A DNA stretch of 64,000 bases from the human T2T-CHM13v2.0 reference genome, Homo sapiens. The translations under genes were made by a program, and so were the position numbers. Where the stretch lies: the NCBI RefSeq assembly GCF_009914755.1, contig NC_060933.1; one strand, written 5' to 3'. The notes beneath the pieces are model-generated. The model made no database searches. It was not told where the DNA came from and saw only the letters and a list, made by a program, of their open reading frames with translations. Each line of letters begins with the position of its first letter. The first letter of the stretch is position 1. Of the stretch, positions 54,655-64,000 are shown piece by piece.

Positions 54655-54999
54655 ATTAACCTAGCACTAGCCCTAATAACTGACACTTTATTAACTCTAT
54701 TATTAGTAGTAATTACATTTTGACTTGCATAACTTAATACTTACATAGAAAAATCCAGCCTTTATGAATGTAGATTTGATCCATTAACCTCTACCCACCT
54801 CCTCTTCTCCATAAAATTCTTTCTAGTAGCCATCACATTTCTCCTATTCGATTAGAAATCGTCCTATTCCTACCCCTGCCATGAGCCCTTCAAACAAATA
54901 ACCTTATACTAATAATCAGTACAACCCTTCTACTAATTACCATTCTAATCCTAGGCCTAATTTATGAATGAACCCAAAAAGGATTAGATTGAGTTGAAC
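54655..54999 (+). pseudogene. MT-ND3 pseudogene (NUMT)
   Basis: GAAAAATCCAGC..TATGAATG..TTTGATCCA and TTCTCCATAAAATTCTTTCTAGTAGCCATCACATTT match ND3. Confidence 0.92.
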
Positions 55000-55061
55000 T
55001 GGTAAATAGTTTAAATTAAATGATTTCGACTCATTAGATTATGATAGACCATATTTACCAA
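55000..55061 (+). pseudogene. mt-tRNA-Arg (TCG) copy in NUMT
   Basis: TGGTAAATAGTTTAAA...TGATTTCGACTCA...TTTACCAA. Confidence 0.88.
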
Positions 55062-55358
55062 ATGCCATTTATTTATATTAACATTATATTAGCATATACC
55101 ATAGCACTGCTGGGAGTACTAATCTATCGATCCCACCTAATACCATCTCTATTATGCCTAGAAGGCATCATACTATCAATATTTATCATAAATACACTCA
55201 TAATTTTAAACATGCATTTCACTCTAGGATTCATAATACCCATTATCCTCTTAGTATTTGCTGCCTGCAAAGCCGCAGTAGGCCTTGCTTTCCTAGTCTC
55301 AATCTCCAACGCATAAGGCCTAGACTATGTACAAAATCTAAATTTACTCCAATGCCAA
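55062..55358 (+). pseudogene. MT-ND4L pseudogene (NUMT)
   Basis: [32 protein letters not shown]; premature TAA at 55314-55316. Confidence 0.93.
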
Positions 55359-56258
55359 AAATTATTATTCCAACAATTATACTGTTACAATATAACTCTC
55401 CAAAAACTCTATAGTCTGAATATAGCTACTCATAGCCTATTCATCAGCCTCATTACCCTATTATTTTTTAATCAACCAAACAATAATTCATCTAACTTCT
55501 CATTAACTTTTTCTTCTGACGCATTAACGTCACCTCTTCTAATCCAAACAGCCTGACTACTACCTCTTATAATCCTAGCAGGCCAACATCACCTATCTAA
55601 TGAATCACCCTTATGGAAAAAAACTCCGTATTTCCAAATTAATTTTCCTACAACTTTTTTAAATTACAGCATTTACAGCCACAGAACTAGTCATACTTTA
55701 CATTCTTTTCGAAGCTACACTCATCCCTACCCTAATCATTATTACCTGCTGAGGTAACCAACCAGAATGCCTAATGCAAGCTCATACTTATTTTACACAC
55801 TAGTAGGATCCCTTCCCTTACTTATTACACTCATCCACACCTGAAATAGCTCAGGTTCACTAAATATCCTAATAATAATGTTTACTAATCAAGAACTATT
55901 AAACTTCTGATCTAACAACCTTATATGACTAGCATGTATTATGGCTTTTATAGTAAAAATACCCCTATACGGACTTCACCTATGACTCCCTAAAGCCCAC
56001 ATAGAAGTCTCTATTGCCAGCTCAGTAGTTAGGAGGCTACGGTATCATATGACTTACCCTCATCCTCAGCCCCCTAATAGAATATATATCCTACCCCTTC
56101 CTCATACTATCCTTATGAGGAATAGTTATAACAAGCTCTATTTGTCTAAGACAAACTGATTTAAAATCACTTATCACTCATTCCTCCGTAAGCCACATAG
56201 CACTTGTTATTATAGCTATCCTTATTCAAACCCCCTGAAGCTTTTCAGGCGCAGTCAC
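55352..56258 (+). pseudogene. MT-ND4 5' part (NUMT)
   Basis: 7-nt overlap with ND4L; CTATACGGACTTCACCTATGACTCCCTAAAGCCCAC (LYGLHLWLPKAH in the mitochondrial code). Confidence 0.92.
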
Positions 56259-56932
56259 TTTACTTCAACTTCGGCAATATCAAAATTGTCTGCTGCAATG
56301 CAAAAGTCACAGTGAATACACTGCTAGAAATACCATGTCTCGTTGTGGCTAGAATAAAAACAATCACTTGTGAGTTTTGTGCACTAACCACCCTCGCCTC
56401 TTTCCTTATCACTAGAGCTAGAGGTTCTTTTCCATGTAGTTTTGTGGGTGACTTGACAATTTATGAAAATTTAACTTCTATGCTCAGAATTCTTTTTTGA
56501 TTTACCATACACATCAAAATTCAATTTGAGATGGGTATGAGTAGGATTCTTTTCTACTCTGACTCTCCTTTAAGAAGACCACAGGGGAATCTTTATCCCA
56601 TACTTCAGAAATAGTTGTGCTATTCTGCAGCAACTCACACAACACTTATGAATATTCAAACTCCAGTAGTTGCCCATGCTTCCCTCTAACCATCTATTTG
56701 CAAGACTGCTGTTTACTCCTAGCAAAGTATCCAAGACCATAATATGGTCTTCATTTGGGTACTGACTTTATTTCTAGATTTCCCCATATTTTGCCTACCC
56801 TAATAATTCATTCCCCTTGATTTCCTTACATTACAGAAAATGCTTTAACACACATAGTTGAGCCACCACAAATCCTTTCTGGAAAGACATAGCAACTATA
56901 ATCACATACCCAATAATTAAAACAGAGATTTA

Positions 56933-57049
<117 letters not shown>

Positions 57050-57260
57050 CTAAGAGTGAGTCAAAAACAAGTAAGATATGAAACATACACTTCTAACACC
57101 TGCACATAAAATTTACTACACCTGCATATACTGCCTCCTGTGACTTTTAGCCTATTCTTAACAATTTACTTTCGAAGCTCCCTTAATTTCTATTCATTCC
57201 TTTCCCCATTTCTAATAGCAGGCAATTTCTCCCTCACATGAAAAACCCCTAATATTTTTA

Positions 57261-59250
<1,990 letters not shown>

Positions 59251-59419
59251 AAAATCGACTAAACTAGTTGTATCTTTATAAGACAGAAAACTGATGTACG
59301 CAGAAGAATGACAAACTATTTTTTATTCACAAATCCTAAGTCACTTGATTTCTTTTCGACAAAAACAAACTCCAATTTATTACAATTTTATTCCCCAACG
59401 AACTGTACCGTAGTTCCAA

Positions 59420-60060
59420 AGAGCTGACTTCCTTAGGACCTTCCCAGACGAAGGTGTTCCACTCATTTTCACCACTCCGTTTTATCGTCCGTCTAAACTC
59501 TGGTTTTTGCAGACCTGTCTCCTGCGTCCCCTTACACGTGTTCCTTTCCGGAGCTTCCAGGGGACCCGGAGCATAAGAATTCAAACCGAGACCCTCAGTC
59601 CCAGCCCCCGCCCCCGCCCGTTCCTCCCTACACTCAACCGCTGGGACTAGAAGCTCCCGGCAGTCCTTCCAGCAAGAGGCACCGAGTCTGGGCGTGACCG
59701 AGCCAGTCCCGCCGAGGTCTCAGGCCACAAATCCACACGCGTCCTCCCACCCTCCCCGGGCCCGGGTGTGGTCGCGGACCGCTAATGGCGCGGAGCCCAC
59801 CTCGTAAAGCGCCTGTACCATCTCCACCAGAACCCACTGCTCCGTGGCGGTCGCCATAGTTAGCCGCTTCCTTCCGGAAGGCGGGTCACAAGCGCGTCCC
59901 AAAAGTGCGCGTCGCTGCTCAGTGTCGTTATCACCTCCGCAGAGGGCGGGGCGGCGGAGCGCTGGGCACCGCCTACTCGCACTTGCGCACTGGTTGACAG
60001 GAGGCTGGACGGGGTCAGGTGGGATGCCGCAGTTTTTCCAAGAATTGTTTACCTTGTGTC
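59420..60060 (-). promoter_or_regulatory. SPTLC1 CpG-island promoter and 5' UTR
   Basis: Dense CpGs around exon 1; GC box GGGCGGGGCGG at about 59944-59954; palindromic ETS-type CCTTCCGGAAGG at 59870-59881; no obvious TATA box. Confidence 0.85.
59801..59857 (-). CDS. SPTLC1: SPTLC1 coding exon 1 (MATATEQWVLVEMVQALYE)
   Basis: ATG at 59857-59855; 57 nt matching the known SPTLC1 N-terminus; GT donor at 59800-59799; lies in a CpG island. Confidence 0.98.
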
Positions 60061-60166
60061 CTATTACCCTCCCTGCTGGATTCAGGATGGAGAAAGTAGT
60101 AATGAACGGGCCTTACACTTGGTCATCAGCTGGGCGCAGAGAGTTAAAATGATTGCAATACGTTTA

Positions 60167-60466
<300 letters not shown>

Positions 60467-60639
60467 AATACGTTTACGTTTAGTAGCATAAGTAATCCAG
60501 CAATGCATTATCATTAAGAAATGCATAATTATACACAAAAATAGCCAACCCATATAGCACTTCCTGTTTTGTCAGACATAGGCCAAGGCTTTGCAGGTAT
60601 TAAATCATATAGCAGTTTGGTAAAGAACCTTTTAGAGCC

Positions 60640-61670
60640 TTCCAATGCATATGCAAACAGTATGCACGCGCACATACTTAATTGGATTGGATTTCTTAAA
60701 TATAATTGAGATCATAGGGACAAGACTTTTCTACAACTTTTTTTAAATTTTTTTTCTAGCATTTTTTTCCTAATATATCTCATATTTAATGGCTGAAGAC
60801 TTCCATGGAATAATTTATGTATATTCATCGTTCCATTTTATGTAAACGTTTCCCTATTGGTGAATACTTATGTTGTTCCCACCTTTCCCCTATTACAAAT
60901 AATGCTGCCATAACTGTCGATGTTCCTTGTGTGTATATCTTTCTGTGCATGTTGGAGTTTTTCTGACCAGTTTTTTCAACATGGGATATATCTGAAGACT
61001 ATGCACGTTATTAATTTTGATAAGTACTGCCAAAATGGCTCAACCAATTAAAATAATTTGGAAGTTTTTCTATGCTCTAGTCCATGATGGATATTATCAA
61101 TCTTTTAAAAAAATTTGCCAGTTTAATGGAGATAAAATGATACCTCACTATCCTTTATTATTGATGCTTCTGGTTACTCATGAGGTTGTGCAGCTTCTTA
61201 TATGTTTATTGGCATTTATAGACTGTATGAATCGCCAATTCATATTCTTAATCCATTTTTCTATTGGTTATTTTTGCCTTCTTATGGATTTGTAGGAACT
61301 CTATACATTCTGAATATCTTATATTTTTCTGTTTCATATGTGAAAAATATTTTTGCTCAGTTGCCGCCTAGTTGTTTCTGCTCTTTCATCATACTTTAAT
61401 TTTAAATTTTATGTAGTGCTTCAGTCTGTTTTTTGCCTCTGGATCTGCATATTGCTTAGAAAGGCCTTCTTCACCACATCTATGGTTTCCAACCATTCTT
61501 GCAGCAGTTTGTTGTTATTTGCAATTAGCTCTTTACTCTGGAAACTATATTTTTGGATAATGAGAGTTAAGGGACTTAATTATGTTTTTTTCTAAAGGAA
61601 TAACAATTTTTTGAGTGCCATTTATTTGAGTAACCCTGACTTTCCCCAGAATTCTGAAATGGTACCAGTG
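60640..61670 (-). mobile_element. Old L1M 3'-end fragment
   Basis: T-rich antisense L1 3' region (TTACAAATAATGCTGC, TATGTTTATTGGCATTT). Confidence 0.7.
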
Positions 61671-61674
61671 CTAT

Positions 61675-62305
61675 TGATACAGGAGCCAAAAAGAAATTAT
61701 TTAGGCAGATAGTGAAGGTAAGAGAGTCCTCAGCAGAGCTTCTTTCTGAACAAAAAGCAACCCCAAAATTATTTCTTTTTTGCAAAGAGCAGCCTGAAAA
61801 ATTGAGCTACAAACATAGATAAGCAAGCTGGCAGTGCACGGGAGAATGCTGGCAGTTGTGCCGATAGAAAAAGACTACCTGGAAGCCAGGTATGTTCAAT
61901 ATGGAGACTCCATCTTCCATTTTCTTTGTCACCACGTGTACAGTGAAGGAACAGGCAACATGGCATCAGTCAGGTAGAGAAGCCATCTGCAGAATAAAAT
62001 ATTAGGGTGGGAAGGCCAGCTTCTTCATGCACTATGCAAATGGCACACCTGGTCCAACCAGTCTTTCATTCCCTACGTAAATCAAACGCCACTTCCTCAA
62101 GCTCATCTATAAAACCCTGTGCGTTTCACCGCAGAACTGGCAACCCATTTTCTCTGGGACCCCTTTCTCTGCACAGATAGCTCTTCTCTTTCGTTTGCCT
62201 ATTAAACTTCTGCTCTTAACCTCACTGTGGTGTGTCGCGTCCTAGTTTTCCATGGCTGTGGGACAATGAACCTCAGGTATTACCCCAGATAATGATGCCG
62301 CTACA
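61675..62305 (+). mobile_element. ERV1 (MER4-group, LTR43-like) solo LTR
   Basis: TG...CA termini; exact 4-bp TSD CTAT (61671-61674 and 62306-62309); TATAAAA at about 62108; ATTAAA at 62201-62206. Confidence 0.85.
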
Positions 62306-62689
62306 CTATGTGCTACATTTCCACATAAGCTGGCGATATGGAGTCCGTGTCAGTGCTCTGCTCACAGTCCTGTGCTTGCGTGCATTTCCTCCCCCGGGTG
62401 CTTTCCTTCCAGCAGCCACGCCTGCATTTCTCAGAGGACCCCCTTGAAGGCTGCCATTCCCACGTTTCCTGCTCTCCTGGAGAGTTGGAAGTATCTGAGA
62501 ATGTATCTTCTCCTGGGCAGTACTTACCAGTGTGGATTACTGATGGTAGCTGGGATATAAATATTGCAGCTTCCTTGCCCTACTTAGCAAGACAACTCTG
62601 AGGGGTGAACTTCACCATACTCTCTGCAATTCTGAGTCAATGGTACTATCTGCAAATTCTTTTACACTCATCAAAAGGCATATCTTTGT

Positions 62690-64000
62690 GGCAGCTTCTA
62701 TAAGAGAATACAGCTGCCATGTAGAAAGATCATGTGAGAACCACATAGAAGGGGAAAGAGATGACTAAGGGGCCCCAGCTGCCCCAGTCCCTGGCTGTTT
62801 GAGTCTTACTAGTCCAGGTACCAGACGTGTGAGGGACGACACCTTCGAGGTGGCTCCAGTTCCAGCCACCATCTGGTTACCACCACTGAGAGACCCTGAG
62901 TGAGGTATGCCTAGCTAAGCCCAGATGACACCCAAATGTGTGGGCAAAAATAAACGATTGTTATTGTTCTAAGCCACTGTTTTGGGATTGTTATATTTTG
63001 GGATAACTGGAAGGAATACACCGTGGGACTTTGCTTGATTTGGAACTTTTGCTTGGCCTCTGTATCAGTTTCCTAGGGCTGCTGTAACACACGATCACAA
63101 ACTGGGTGCCTTGAAACAGCAGAAATTTATTCTGTCACATTTCTGGAGGCCAGATGTACAAAATTAAGGTGTTGACAGGGCTATACTCCCTCCAAAGGCT
63201 CTGGGGGGAGAAGACTTTTTTTGCCTCTTCCAGCGAGAGCCTTAACTTAGTTACATCTGTAAAGAACCTTTTTCCAAATAGGCCATGTTCCCAGGTTCTA
63301 TTCCCTGATTCGAATGTTAACATGTCTTTTTGGGCTCTACCATTTAACCTACTATAGTCCAACCTCTGGCCTTCCAAATTCACATCTGCCTCATGTGCAA
63401 AATACATTCATTCCGTCTCAACATCTCCAAAAGTCTTAACTCTCACCTAAATATCATAAAAATTAATTCAAAGAGTCTCAAATATTCACATATAAATAAT
63501 CAGGTGTAGGTGAGTCTATGGGTATGAGCTATGCAAGGGCAAAATTCCTCTGCATCTATTGACTAGTGAGACTAGAAAAGAAGTTACCTGCTTCGAAAAC
63601 ACAAAGGTGGGCCACGTATATGATAGACAATCTCACTGCAAAGCAGAGAAATTAGAAGGAATAAAAGGGTCATCAATCCCAAGCAAGTTAGAAATCCAAC
63701 AAGGCAAAGTCATTTGGTTTCAAGGTCTGGGAATAATCCTCTGTGGCTTGAAGCTGTGTCTTTTGGGCTCATGGCTTCATAGGCCTCTTTGCTCATGGCA
63801 ACTTGGTAGGTCTCTGCTCTTGAACATTCAGCCTCTACCCCTGTGCCCATGACCCTGTCCTCATAGTGATTCTTCCTTTTTCTTGAAGGGCAGCACATGC
63901 TGATACCTGAGTAGTTCTATCAGTCCTCTTCTTGCCTGAAGAATTGTGCATATCTGACAGCCTCTCTTTCACTTTGTCCTGTCTCAGCCCCTTCAGGCCA
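62690..64000. mobile_element. Cluster of MaLR (MLT1-type) LTR fragments
   Basis: TGTTCTAAGCCACTG..TTTGGG and TGTATCAGTTTCCTAGGGCTGCTGTAAC...CAGAAATTTATT are typical MLT1 ends. Confidence 0.7.

Noticed and set aside
54587-55061. Functional tRNA genes
   Set aside because: They are mitochondrial-type copies inside a decayed NUMT; the Gly anticodon stem is partly mismatched and the Arg copy has a deletion.

Overview
Primate DNA, very probably human, not prokaryotic. The window holds the 5' part of SPTLC1 (serine palmitoyltransferase long-chain base subunit 1) on the minus strand: a CpG-island promoter at about 59.4-60.1 kb and coding exons 1-7 (690 nt, residues 1-230, all GT-AG). The gene continues off the left edge. 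The introns are full of inserted DNA. Intron 2 holds an old ~2.9-kb NUMT (ATP6 end, COX3, tRNA-Gly, ND3, tRNA-Arg, ND4L, part of ND4) split by an Alu. Intron 3 holds a full-length disabled L1PA3/4-type LINE-1 and a CpG-rich solo LTR. Intron 5 holds a 3'-truncated HERV-F/H-type provirus, and intron 6 a tailless U6 retrocopy. Alus and old L1 fragments are scattered throughout. The most interesting structure is at about 47.4-51.4 kb in intron 3. It is an NPAP1/POM121-family (UPF0607-type) intronless gene whose ORF stops inside an AluSc-like element, and that Alu is itself split by an SVA2 VNTR element flanked by a target-site duplication. NPAP1-like sequence resumes after the Alu, so this may be the assembly or source locus of an ORF-Alu-VNTR composite retroelement. 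Next to it is a cryptic minus-strand terminal exon in frame with SPTLC1 exon 3. Repeat subfamily names and gene-family identities come from recalled consensus and protein sequences, not from searches.
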